Assembly: GCA_963752235.1 (NCBI GenBank)
Contig: CAVVXL010000001.1
Span: 1,856,590 to 1,920,589, forward strand
Direction: 5' to 3'
DNA: 64,000 nt
Origin: an uncultured Acidobacteriota bacterium
Lineage (GTDB): Bacteria; Acidobacteriota; Thermoanaerobaculia; Multivoradales; UBA5704
In this document: positions 35,199 through 43,824 of the stretch, piece after piece
Layout: each line of letters starts with the position of its first letter
Position numbering within the stretch: the stretch's first letter is position 1
Notes under the pieces: model-generated
Seen by the model: only the letters and a program-made list of their open reading frames with translations
The model's database searches: none
Told to the model about the DNA's origin: nothing
Made by a program: the position numbers and the translations under genes

Positions 35199-36488
35199 AT
35201 GGTCCTCGGGCTCGTCCTGGTGGTCCTCAACGGCTTCTTCGTGGCCGCCGAGTTCGCCCTGGTCCGCATCCGGCCGACCCAGCTCGAGCCCTACGTCGCC
35301 GACGGGGTCCGCCGCGCCCGGCTGGCGCGGCACATGACCCGCCACCTCGACGCCTATCTCTCCGCCACCCAGCTCGGCATCACCCTCGCGAGCCTGGCGC
35401 TCGGCTGGGTCGGCGAGCCGGCGTTCTCTTGGCTGGTCCGGCCGCTGATCACCCCGCTGACCGCCAATCCCGACCTCGTGCACTCGATCAGCCTGGGCCT
35501 CTCCTTCCTCGTCATCACCATCCTGCACATCGTGCTCGGCGAGCTGGCTCCGAAGTCGATCGCGATCCGCAAGACCGAGGGGACGGCGCTGCTGATCTCC
35601 TTCCCCCTCTTCTTCTTCTTCAAGCTCACCTACCCGGCGATCTGGCTGCTCAACCACACCGCCAACCGCCTGCTCAAGCTGATCGGCATCCCGCCGGCGG
35701 CCGAGGGGGAGCTGGCGCATGACGAAGAAGAGCTGCGGCTGCTGCTCTCCTCCTCCAAGGACAGCCAGATCTCGCTGCAGAAGCGCGAGCTGCTCGACAA
35801 TATCTTCGAGCTGTCGCACCGCATCGCCCGGCAGATCATGCTCCCCCGCCAGGACGTGGTCTACCTGTCGACCGAGCGGCCGCTGGCCGAAAACCTGCGC
35901 ATCGCTCGCCGCAGCGGTCATACCCGCTTCCCGCTCTGCGACGGCGACCTCGACCACGTCATCGGCCTGCTCCACATCAAGGACATCTTCCACCGCGAGC
36001 GCCCGTTGACCGCGCTCACCGAGGTGGCCCGCGAGATCGCCTTCGTCCCCGAGACGCTCGAGCTCGACCGCCTGCTCAAACGGATGCGCACCGAGCGCTT
36101 CCACCTGGCGGCGGTGATCGACGAATACGGCGGCGTCTCCGGCATCGTCACCCTCGAGGACGTCATCGAGGAGATCGTCGGCTCGATCCAGGACGAGTTC
36201 GACGTCGAGCGCCCCGAGCTGGTCGAGAAGGGGGAAGGGGTCTGGGTGGTCTCCGGCGGCATGCTGGTCGAGGACCTCGAAGAGGCGCTGGGGATCGAGA
36301 TCTCCGAGCGCGACGACGACACCATCGGTGGCGTCGTCTTCTCCGAGCTGGGGAGGAACCCCGCCGTCGGCGACCAGGTGGAGCTGGGGCCGGCGACCGT
36401 CGAGGTCCTCGAGGTGCAGCTCAACCGGGTGGCGACGCTGCGGGTGGTGGTACACCCGCGGGAGACGGTGCCGCAGGACGAGGATTAG
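35199..36488 (+). CDS. CorC/HlyC (TlyC) family transporter-associated protein (DUF21 membrane domain + CBS pair + CorC_HlyC)
   Basis: N-terminal DUF21 helices (MVLGLVLVVLNGFFVAAEFAL). CBS pair region. C-terminal ...VEVLEVQLNRVATLRVVVHP transporter-associated domain. Track ORF starts at 35109 (TTG); ATG at 35199 preferred. Confidence 0.75.
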   Translation: MVLGLVLVVLNGFFVAAEFALVRIRPTQLEPYVADGVRRARLARHMTRHLDAYLSATQLGITLASLALGWVGEPAFSWLVRPLITPLTANPDLVHSISLGLSFLVITILHIVLGELAPKSIAIRKTEGTALLISFPLFFFFKLTYPAIWLLNHTANRLLKLIGIPPAAEGELAHDEEELRLLLSSSKDSQISLQKRELLDNIFELSHRIARQIMLPRQDVVYLSTERPLAENLRIARRSGHTRFPLCDGDLDHVIGLLHIKDIFHRERPLTALTEVAREIAFVPETLELDRLLKRMRTERFHLAAVIDEYGGVSGIVTLEDVIEEIVGSIQDEFDVERPELVEKGEGVWVVSGGMLVEDLEEALGIEISERDDDTIGGVVFSELGRNPAVGDQVELGPATVEVLEVQLNRVATLRVVVHPRETVPQDED

Positions 36489-37884
36489 CGCCGATCGCCT
36501 TGAGGTCGACCGGCCGGTTGGCCGGCGGCTCGGCGGTGGCGGCGGCCAGTCTGGCGCGCAGGGCCGCCCAGCGCTCGGGGGGCAGGCTGCCCTGGCTCCA
36601 GTGAGCGGCCACCACCCGCCGCGGACCGGCGGGCTCGACCCGCCAGCCGGGCAACCCGGCGAGCGCGCTCCTGAACTCCCCCGCGTCGGCGTCGGTGTCC
36701 CAGACGCTGACCCAGAGGAGCAGCCGGCCGCCGGCCTTCTCCGGAGTCTCATAGACCGCGAAGCGGTCGCCCCCCCAGCCGGCCGCCGCCGCGGCGGCCC
36801 GGTCGATGCTCTCGAGCCCCTCGCGCAGATAGATGCGGATCCCCAGCTCCCCCAGCTCCCCCTCGGCCGCCCGGGCGTATCCCGGCAGCTCCGCCGCGAG
36901 GTCGGGGAGGTGGACGACGACGGGATCGTCCCGCCGGCCATACCACTTCTCGGGGTGCAGGATCTGCTCGGTCGAGCGCGGCGGATCGGTGGTGAAGGCG
37001 TAGTCGAGCAGCTTCTGCCCTCCCTGCCGCCGCACCTCCAGGCAGAAGGCGGCCCCCTGGAGATAGCTGAACAGGAGGGTGTCGCGGAACCAGGCCGGCG
37101 CGGCGAGCATCTCCCGGGTGCCAGGGAGGTCGGGAGACGCCGCGATCGTCTTCCTGGAATCGCGCATCATGCCGCTCAGCACCCCCGCCATGCCGGGTGT
37201 CGTCTCGAGGTGCGTCCGCGCTTCGTAGTCGAGCATGGTCAGGGTGGCGTCCCCCTCGACCAGCGCCTCGCCGGCGGTCCCCGCGTCGGAGAGCGGATCG
37301 GGATTCTCGAAGCGGTCGAGGTCGAAGCTCTGGTCCTGGAGGGCGTGGGTCAGCTCGTGGACCAGCGTCATGTCCTGATCGACGTCCGGCTTCGCCGGCT
37401 GTCCCTGCCCTCCCTTGGACGCCGAGGACGCCGGCAGGTCGACCAGGGCCAGGTACTTGCGGTCCGGATCGTAGAAGCCGGCCACCTGGCTGCTCAGCAA
37501 CTCGGGGAGATAGGCGCGCAGGTCCATCGCCTCGGGGATCAGCCCGAACGCCTTGAGGCTCGCCGCGAAGGCGCGCAGCCGCTCCGGCGGATAGTCCTTC
37601 GCCATCGCCTCCACCACCTTCTCCTTCAGCGCCCGGGTTCCCAGCGAGCCCGCGGGGACCGGCCGCCGCGCCTTGAGGCCGCGGTAGGTCTCCGCCCCGC
37701 GCAGCAGCGCGGCGAGATGCTTCGCGCCCTCCGCCGGCAGAGGGGTGACGCCGGCGGGCAGCTTTGGATCTGGAGCGGGGGCGGCCGCCTCGGGCGTCGC
37801 CGGCACCGCCGCGGCCGGCCGTCCGGCGAGGAGCAGGAGGAGCGCGCAGCAGGGCGCGAGCCCGGAGGAGCTTCGACCCGGCAT
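36421..37884 (-). CDS. secreted putative zinc metallopeptidase (HExxH), paralog 1
   Basis: Signal peptide MPGRSSSGLAPCCALLLLLAG. LVHELTHALQDQ is an HExxH. Downstream EGDATL is a possible third-ligand Glu. Real start at 37884; the 831-aa track ORF is run-on. Confidence 0.55.
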   Translation of the reverse strand: MPGRSSSGLAPCCALLLLLAGRPAAAVPATPEAAAPAPDPKLPAGVTPLPAEGAKHLAALLRGAETYRGLKARRPVPAGSLGTRALKEKVVEAMAKDYPPERLRAFAASLKAFGLIPEAMDLRAYLPELLSSQVAGFYDPDRKYLALVDLPASSASKGGQGQPAKPDVDQDMTLVHELTHALQDQSFDLDRFENPDPLSDAGTAGEALVEGDATLTMLDYEARTHLETTPGMAGVLSGMMRDSRKTIAASPDLPGTREMLAAPAWFRDTLLFSYLQGAAFCLEVRRQGGQKLLDYAFTTDPPRSTEQILHPEKWYGRRDDPVVVHLPDLAAELPGYARAAEGELGELGIRIYLREGLESIDRAAAAAAGWGGDRFAVYETPEKAGGRLLLWVSVWDTDADAGEFRSALAGLPGWRVEPAGPRRVVAAHWSQGSLPPERWAALRARLAAATAEPPANRPVDLKAIGANPRPAAPSPAGVPPPAASPPG

Positions 37885-37886
37885 CG

Positions 37887-39869
37887 CTAGGGAGCGCTCT
37901 TGGCGCCCAGCCGGAAGGAGTTGAGCACCCGCAGCGCCGTCGCCTGCTCGCGGGGCCAGGATGCGGAGGGGCCGAGGGCGGTGAGGAAGAAGAAGTCCGA
38001 GTCGCGCGCCAGCGTCCGCAGCTCGCCGCGCACCTGCTGCCCCTTGAGCAGAGCCACGAAGCTGATCTCGCGCATCTTGATCACCGCCTGATCGTGCTCC
38101 AGCTCGTCCAGCCGGTGGAACTCGGTCATCGTGCTCTTCACCGCCCGCTCCACCATGCGGCTCATCAGGGAGGAGGCCGTATCCGCCGGCCGGATCTGGT
38201 AGCCGACGCCGATGCGGACCTCCCCGTCGGGGCTGGACATCGTCACCAGCAGCTGGGGATCGACCGGGTCCCGCGCGAGCCGCCACCCCTGGAGCGAGTC
38301 CGGCAGGCGGATCGAGATCCCCAGCGCCGGATTGAGATAGGAGCGCCCGTCCGCGCTCACCCTCCCGGCCGGGGCCCCGTCGGGGAGGAACTTCCGGACC
38401 TCGTCGAGCATCGCGATCCCGCCCCGCAGGTTGGCGAACGCCCTCGGGTCGGGCGGTTGCGGGGTGGCGCCGAGCGCCGCCAGGTTGAGGCTGCGGTTCG
38501 CCGGCCGGTCGGCCACCACCTCCTTGAAGCGCGCCCGCAGCTTGAGGAACGACGCCTCCGGCAGGGGACCCCGGCTGTCGCGGACCGCCAGCACCTGGAG
38601 CGGACCGAACGTCGACGTCCGCCAGCCTCCCACCGAGTCCAGCGCGTGCCTGAACTGCCCGGCCTCGAGCCCGTTGTCCCATTCGGACATCCAGAAGACC
38701 CGCCGCGCGCCCCCCTTCTGGTAGACCACGAAACGGTCGCCCGTCCACCCCGCCGCCGCGTCGGCGGCCCAGGCGGCGTCGTGAAGGCCCGCGCGCAAGT
38801 AGATCCGCAGGCTGAGCTCGCCCAGCGTCCCCTCGGCGGTCTTGCGGTACCCCGGCAGGTCGGCGCCGAGGTCCGGGAGATGAAGGACGACGGGGTCGCT
38901 GCGCCGGCCGTACCACTTCTCGGGGTGCAGGATCTGCGCGGTCGAGCGCGGCGGATCGGTGGCGAACGCGTAGTCGAGCAGGGTCTGGCCGCCCTGCCGC
39001 CTCACCTCCATGCAGAACGCGGCCCCCTGGAGATAGCTGAACAGCAGGGTGTCCCGGATCCAGGCCGGCGCCGCCATCATCTGCCGGACGCCGGGGAGGT
39101 CGGGGCTCCGCTCGATCAGCTTCTGCGGCTCCGCCGTCAGCCCGGCCAGGATCTCGCCGAGGCCGGGGAGCGTTTCGAGCCCCATCCGGAAGTTGTAGTC
39201 GAGCTCGGTCAGCGTGGCGTCCCCCTCGACCAGAGCCTTGCGGGACATCCGGACGTCGGACATCAGGTCGTGATCGGAGAGCAGGCGGCGCAGGTCGAAG
39301 CTCTGGTCCTGGAGCGCGTGGGTCAGCTCGTGAACCATGGTGCGGTTGCGCTCGAGCTTGCGCTCCCCTTCGCCCGCGTCTCCGCCCTTCTCTTCCTCCT
39401 TACCTTCTTTACCTTTTTTTTCGTTCTTCTCTTCCTTCGCGGGCTCCGCGGGGGGCGGATCGACCAGCGCCAGGTACTTCCGGTTGGGGTCGTAGTAACC
39501 CGCCACCTGGGTGCTCATCAGCTCGGGGAGATAGCGGCCGAGGTCCATCGTCTCGGGGATCAGGTCGAACGCCTTCAGACCGGCCTCGAGCACCGGCAGA
39601 TTCAGGGCCGAAGCATCCTTCCCGGCCGGCGCCGTGATCTGCGTCATCTGAGTGTTGAGCGCCGCGAGGCTGAGGGAGCCGGCGGTGACCGGCCCCTTCG
39701 CCTTCAGGCCGCGGTACTCTTCCGCCGCGCGCAGCAGCTCCGCGAAGTGCTTCGCCTCCTCCGCGGGGAGAGGAGACACACCTGCCGCCGGGGCGGCCGG
39801 CTCCGCCCGTCCCGCGACCAGCGGGAGCGCGCAGAACAGGGCCACGAACCGGAACCTTCGACTCGACAT
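37887..39869 (-). CDS. secreted putative zinc metallopeptidase (HExxH), paralog 2 with extra C-terminal domain
   Basis: About 55% identical to paralog 1 over the shared region (MVHELTHALQDQSFDL..., LFSYLQGAAFC..EVRRQGGQ.LLDYAF.TDPPRST.QILHPEKWYGRR). Lys/Glu-rich low-complexity insert before the HExxH. Ends 2 nt upstream of the paralog 1 start. Probable start at MSSRRFRFVALF. Confidence 0.55.
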   Translation of the reverse strand: MSSRRFRFVALFCALPLVAGRAEPAAPAAGVSPLPAEEAKHFAELLRAAEEYRGLKAKGPVTAGSLSLAALNTQMTQITAPAGKDASALNLPVLEAGLKAFDLIPETMDLGRYLPELMSTQVAGYYDPNRKYLALVDPPPAEPAKEEKNEKKGKEGKEEEKGGDAGEGERKLERNRTMVHELTHALQDQSFDLRRLLSDHDLMSDVRMSRKALVEGDATLTELDYNFRMGLETLPGLGEILAGLTAEPQKLIERSPDLPGVRQMMAAPAWIRDTLLFSYLQGAAFCMEVRRQGGQTLLDYAFATDPPRSTAQILHPEKWYGRRSDPVVLHLPDLGADLPGYRKTAEGTLGELSLRIYLRAGLHDAAWAADAAAGWTGDRFVVYQKGGARRVFWMSEWDNGLEAGQFRHALDSVGGWRTSTFGPLQVLAVRDSRGPLPEASFLKLRARFKEVVADRPANRSLNLAALGATPQPPDPRAFANLRGGIAMLDEVRKFLPDGAPAGRVSADGRSYLNPALGISIRLPDSLQGWRLARDPVDPQLLVTMSSPDGEVRIGVGYQIRPADTASSLMSRMVERAVKSTMTEFHRLDELEHDQAVIKMREISFVALLKGQQVRGELRTLARDSDFFFLTALGPSASWPREQATALRVLNSFRLGAKSAP

Positions 39870-39971
39870 ACGATCTCCTGCACCGACGATCTCCCGCACC
39901 GTAAGGCCAGCGTTCGGACTCAAGGGCCGGAAGCGGCATTATAGAAGCGAAACTGAGGCAAAATACGTTTC

Positions 39972-41252
39972 ATGCCGACCTCCTGGAAACCGCTGCTCGC
40001 CGGTCCCCTCGCCGAACAGGCCGCCCAGTCCGTGCGCGAGATCGCCGCCGCCCTCCCCGCGCTCGACGCCCCGGAAGGCTGGTCCGCCTCGCTGGCCGGC
40101 GGCCAGGCCGGGCAGTCGCTGTTCTACGCCTACCTCGCCCTCCACACCGCCGAGCCGGCGGCGGCCGACCGCGCGGCGGATCTCCTCGAGGCCGCCGCGG
40201 ACACCCTCGCCAGCGTCCCCCTCCCCCCCTCGCTCTACGCCGGCTTTCCGGGGGTCGCCTGGACGATGGAGCACCTGCGCGGGCGGCTGTTCGAAGAGGA
40301 CGAGGAGGGCGAGGACGGGGAGGACCCGCTCCAGGAGATCGACGACGCCCTGCTCGGCGCCGTCGGCCGCTCGCCCTGGCAGGGGGAGTACGACCTCATC
40401 GGGGGGCTCGCCGGCCTCGGCGTCTACGCCCTCGAGCGGCTCCCGCACGACTCCGCCGCCGCCCTGCTCGAGCAGGTGGTGGAGCGCCTGGCCGAGCTCG
40501 CCAAGCCCTTCGACGAGGGGGTTTCCTGGTTCACCCCGCCCGGGCACCTCCCCGATTGGCAGCGCGAGATCCATCCCGACGGCTACTACAACCTGGGCCT
40601 CGCCCACGGGATGCCCGCCGTGGTGGCCGTGCTCGCCGGGGCCGCCGCCGCCGGGGTGGCCGCCGCCAAGGCCCGGCCGCTGCTCGACGGCGCGGTCGCC
40701 TGGCTGCTCGCCCGGCGTTACGCCCCGGGGAGCGGCTCCTGCTTCGGCACCTCCTACAACCCGGGGGAGGCGCCGGTCCCCTCGCGGCTCGCCTGGTGCT
40801 ACGGCGACGCCGGGGTCGCCGCCGCCCTCCTCGCCGCGGCGCGCGCCGTGGGGGAGCCCAAGTGGGAGCGCCAGGCGATCGAGGTCGCCCTGGCCGCCGC
40901 GGCGCGCGACCCAAAGAGCGCGCACATCAACGACGCCGGCCTCTGCCACGGCGCCGCCGGCCTCGGCCACCTGTTCAATCGCATGTACCAGACGACCGGC
41001 GAGGAGCGGCTGGCCACCGCCGCCCGCTCCTGGTTCGCAACCGCCCTCGCCCTGCGGACGCCCGGGGAACCGGTCGCCGGCTACCGGGCCTACGAGTTCG
41101 AGCCCGGCGGCGAGACCAAGTGGCGGCCGGACCCCGGCTTCCTCGAAGGCGCCACCGGGGTGGGCCTCGCCCTGCTCGGCGCCGTCTCCGCCGTCGAGCC
41201 GGCCTGGGACCGGATTCTGCTCGTCTCGTTGCCGCCGGTCCCGGGAGACTGA
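39972..41252 (+). CDS. LanC-like (lanthionine synthetase C family) protein, standalone
   Basis: GLAHGMPAVVAVLA (GxAHG), WCYGDAGV (WCxG) and CHGAAGLGHLF (CHG) are the three zinc-ligand motifs of LanC cyclases. Confidence 0.8.
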   Translation: MPTSWKPLLAGPLAEQAAQSVREIAAALPALDAPEGWSASLAGGQAGQSLFYAYLALHTAEPAAADRAADLLEAAADTLASVPLPPSLYAGFPGVAWTMEHLRGRLFEEDEEGEDGEDPLQEIDDALLGAVGRSPWQGEYDLIGGLAGLGVYALERLPHDSAAALLEQVVERLAELAKPFDEGVSWFTPPGHLPDWQREIHPDGYYNLGLAHGMPAVVAVLAGAAAAGVAAAKARPLLDGAVAWLLARRYAPGSGSCFGTSYNPGEAPVPSRLAWCYGDAGVAAALLAAARAVGEPKWERQAIEVALAAAARDPKSAHINDAGLCHGAAGLGHLFNRMYQTTGEERLATAARSWFATALALRTPGEPVAGYRAYEFEPGGETKWRPDPGFLEGATGVGLALLGAVSAVEPAWDRILLVSLPPVPGD

Positions 41253-41275
41253 CGGCTCTCCAGGTACCCCCAGCC

Positions 41276-42142
41276 GTGGACGCGGAGCTCGGACCCAGGC
41301 ACCGGAGGATCGCCACCAACGGCATCCATCTGCATGCCGTCGAAGCCGGCCCTGAAGACGGACCGCTGCTGATCCTCCTCCATGGCTTTCCGGAGCCCTG
41401 GTTCGCCTGGCGGCATCAGATCGCGCCGCTCGCCGCCGCCGGCTTTCACGTCGTCGCCCCCGACCAGCGGGGATACAACCTCAGCGACAAGCCGGCGCGG
41501 ATCGCGGACTACAACCTGGAGACCCTGGCGCGCGACGTCGTGGGGCTGATCGACGAGGCGGGAGAGGAGAGGGCCTGCGTCGCCGGTCACGACTGGGGGG
41601 GCGCGGTCGGCTGGTGGCTGGGGGTCCGCCACCCGGAGCGGCTCCACAAGCTCGCCCTGCTCAACATCCCGCATCCGCGGGTTTTGGAGCGCGCCCTGCG
41701 CACCCGCTCCGCGCAACGCCGGAAGAGCTCCTACATGTTCTTCTTCCAGCTCCCCTGGCTCCCCGAGCGGAGCTTCCGGGCCGGCCGCTTCGCCCTCGCC
41801 GTGAAGTCCCTCCAGGGGAGCAGCCGGCCCGGCACCTTCAGCGACCCGGACCTCGAGCGCTACCGGCAGGCCTGGTCGCAGCCGGGCGCGGTCCGTTCGA
41901 TGATCCACTGGTACCGCGCCGCCCTGCGCGCGCGCCCCGAGTGGCCGGCCTCGCCCCGCGTCCGCGTCCCCACCCTGCTGCTCTGGGGCCGCAAGGACCG
42001 CTTCCTCGGCGAGGAGATGGCCCGGCCCAGCGTCGATCTCTGCGACGAGGGACGCCTCGAGCTCTTCGACGAGGCGACCCACTGGCTCCAGCACGAAGAG
42101 CCAGAGCGGGTGAACCGGCGGCTCCTCGCGCACTTCGCCTGA
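41276..42142 (+). CDS. alpha/beta-fold hydrolase (epoxide-hydrolase/haloalkane-dehalogenase-like)
   Basis: LLILLHGFPEPWFAWRHQ (HGxP oxyanion-hole motif). VAGHDWGGAVGW is a nucleophile elbow with Asp, typical of epoxide hydrolases. C-terminal His region. GTG start; the track ORF's earlier part overlaps LanC in another frame. Confidence 0.75.
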   Translation: MDAELGPRHRRIATNGIHLHAVEAGPEDGPLLILLHGFPEPWFAWRHQIAPLAAAGFHVVAPDQRGYNLSDKPARIADYNLETLARDVVGLIDEAGEERACVAGHDWGGAVGWWLGVRHPERLHKLALLNIPHPRVLERALRTRSAQRRKSSYMFFFQLPWLPERSFRAGRFALAVKSLQGSSRPGTFSDPDLERYRQAWSQPGAVRSMIHWYRAALRARPEWPASPRVRVPTLLLWGRKDRFLGEEMARPSVDLCDEGRLELFDEATHWLQHEEPERVNRRLLAHFA

Positions 42143-42172
42143 CGCCCCCCGAAGCCCTGCGCGCCCGCGCCG

Positions 42173-42560
42173 CGGCAGGCGACATCGGCGTACGGCAGCC
42201 GACAATCTCCCGCGGCAGGCGACCGCGGAAAATTGTCGGCTGACATTTCTCTACGGCAGGCGGCAATTCTCTACGGCAGCAGACCTTGTCTTATGGCAGG
42301 CGACATTGCGGCGCGGCAGCCGGCAATGCGTCACGGCAGTCGACCCTGAGCCAGGGAAGCTGACAACGCGCCACGGCAGGCGACGATCTCCCACGGCAGC
42401 GTACCGAATCAAATTGTCGGCAGACATTTCGCCACGGCAGCCGACATTCTCTTGCGGCAGCCCGACTTTTCCCAGAGCAGGCGACATTTCGCCAGGGCAG
42501 CCGCCAACCCGCCACGGCGGCTTGCCGAACCGCACTGTCGGCTGACATTTCACCGAATCG
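42173..42560. repeat. non-coding array of about 19 degenerate 20-bp direct repeats (core CGGCAG[GC]CGACA[AT]T...)
   Basis: Units of 17-26 nt each starting CGGCAG/CGGCTG recur head-to-tail. The sub-motif TGTCGGC(T/A)GACATTTC recurs three times (about 42233, 42413, 42534). The only ORFs here are repeat-driven. Confidence 0.6.
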
Positions 42561-42765
42561 GGGGATCGCGGCCCTCTTACAGGCGGCTACCTCATCATGG
42601 GACAATCCAAGGAAGGACGACTCCTCATCGTCTCCTACACGGAGCGATCCGGGCGCGTTCGCCTGATCAGCGCCCGACCCGCGACACGCCCCAAGCGGAA
42701 AACCTATGAAGAAGAAATCTAAGAGCGAGCTCGAAGCGCCGCGCCTTCGCGAGACGCCCGGCCGC

Positions 42766-43674
42766 CTAGATCTGCTGAATGGAATGACCCGTCCGGCGCA
42801 TCTTCGTCGCGTCGCGCAGGGGCGGGTCGCCGAACATGCGTGAATATTCGCGGCTGAACTGGGATGCGCTCCTGTACCCCACCCGGAAGGCCGCGCTCTC
42901 GGCCGTCTCGCCTTCCTCGGTCATCAGGCGCCGCGCCTCCAGCAGGCGGAGGCGCTTCTGGTACTGGATGGGGCTCACCGCGGTCACTTCCTTGAAGTGC
43001 TTGAAGAACGCCGAGCGGCTCATGTTCGCCGCCGTGGCCAGAGCCGCGACGTCGACCTCCTGGGCGAGCTCGGACTTCAGGCTGTAGATCGCCTGCGAGA
43101 TCCGGTGCATCCGGCTGCCGGAACGCACGAACTGCTGGATCGCCGGGCCGTCGGCCCCCTTCAGCAGGTGATACAGGATCTCGCGGACGACCAGCGGGCC
43201 GAGCACCGGCGCGTCCTCGGGGTTCTGGAAGAGATGCCCCAGCCGGACCGCGGCCTCCAGCATCGGATCGCTCGCCTTCCCGATGAACACCGCGCGGAGC
43301 GGAGTCTCCACCTCCTGAGGAAAGCCGTTCTCCAGCGCCGCCGCGACCTCGCTCAGAGCCAGCGCATCGAAGCCGATTTTCAGGCACAGAAACGGGCGCT
43401 CGGGCGTCGCCGAAAAGAGGCGGCTGGTCACCGGCAGATCGATCGGAGCCGCGATGTACTGCGCGCCCTCGCAGCGGTAGACCTCGCTCCCCAGCAGGAT
43501 CTCCTTGCACCCCTGGACGACGATGCTCAGCGCCGCGCGCCAATGCCGCTTCGTGCGCCGGTCGGGATGCGAGAACTTTATGCAATGGGTACCTGGAACG
43601 GGCGACTCGTGCAATCCCTCTCCGGGAGAGCCCAGATCCACGAGTCTCGCCAATTCGGAGCGCAGGTCCCGCAT
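42766..43674 (-). CDS. AraC-family transcriptional regulator
   Basis: C-terminal AraC-type double HTH (LATAANMSRSAFFKHFKEVTAVSPIQYQKRLRLLEARRLM...GYRSASQFSREYSRMFG) plus an N-terminal ligand-binding domain. Confidence 0.8.
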   Translation of the reverse strand: MRDLRSELARLVDLGSPGEGLHESPVPGTHCIKFSHPDRRTKRHWRAALSIVVQGCKEILLGSEVYRCEGAQYIAAPIDLPVTSRLFSATPERPFLCLKIGFDALALSEVAAALENGFPQEVETPLRAVFIGKASDPMLEAAVRLGHLFQNPEDAPVLGPLVVREILYHLLKGADGPAIQQFVRSGSRMHRISQAIYSLKSELAQEVDVAALATAANMSRSAFFKHFKEVTAVSPIQYQKRLRLLEARRLMTEEGETAESAAFRVGYRSASQFSREYSRMFGDPPLRDATKMRRTGHSIQQI

Positions 43675-43824
43675 CGATGTATCCTAAATCAGATTGGACG
43701 ATCAGGCAAGAAGCGTGGACTTTTGGGAATTTACCGCCCGCGGCCGCGACGGCATACTGATCCGCGAAGACAATCTGGCGGGTCACCCGGCCAGAACCAA
43801 GAAGCAGGAAGAAGGAGAGAGCCA

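Noticed and set aside
34905-36941. 678-aa minus-strand ORF opposite the CorC gene
   Set aside because: Ser/Arg/Gly/Pro-rich with no motifs, fully antisense to a well-supported DUF21-CBS-CorC protein.
36328-39944. Plus-strand ORFs 36328..37890 (520 aa) and 37764..39944 (726 aa)
   Set aside because: Antisense to the two signal-peptide-bearing HExxH peptidase paralogs. Low-complexity translations.
40556-41275. Upstream 240 aa of ORF 40556..42142 (overlapping the LanC-like gene)
   Set aside because: Arg-rich junk in a second frame of a confidently assigned LanC-like CDS. The alpha/beta hydrolase begins at the GTG after the LanC stop.
42165-42605. CRISPR array or small repeat-encoded proteins in the 20-bp repeat region
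   Set aside because: Repeats are degenerate (not identical), only about 20 nt long and directly abutting with no unique 30-40-nt spacers. The overlapping ORFs (42251..42553, 42291..42605, 42306..42545) translate to repeat-driven strings (RLPWRNVAC...) on both strands.
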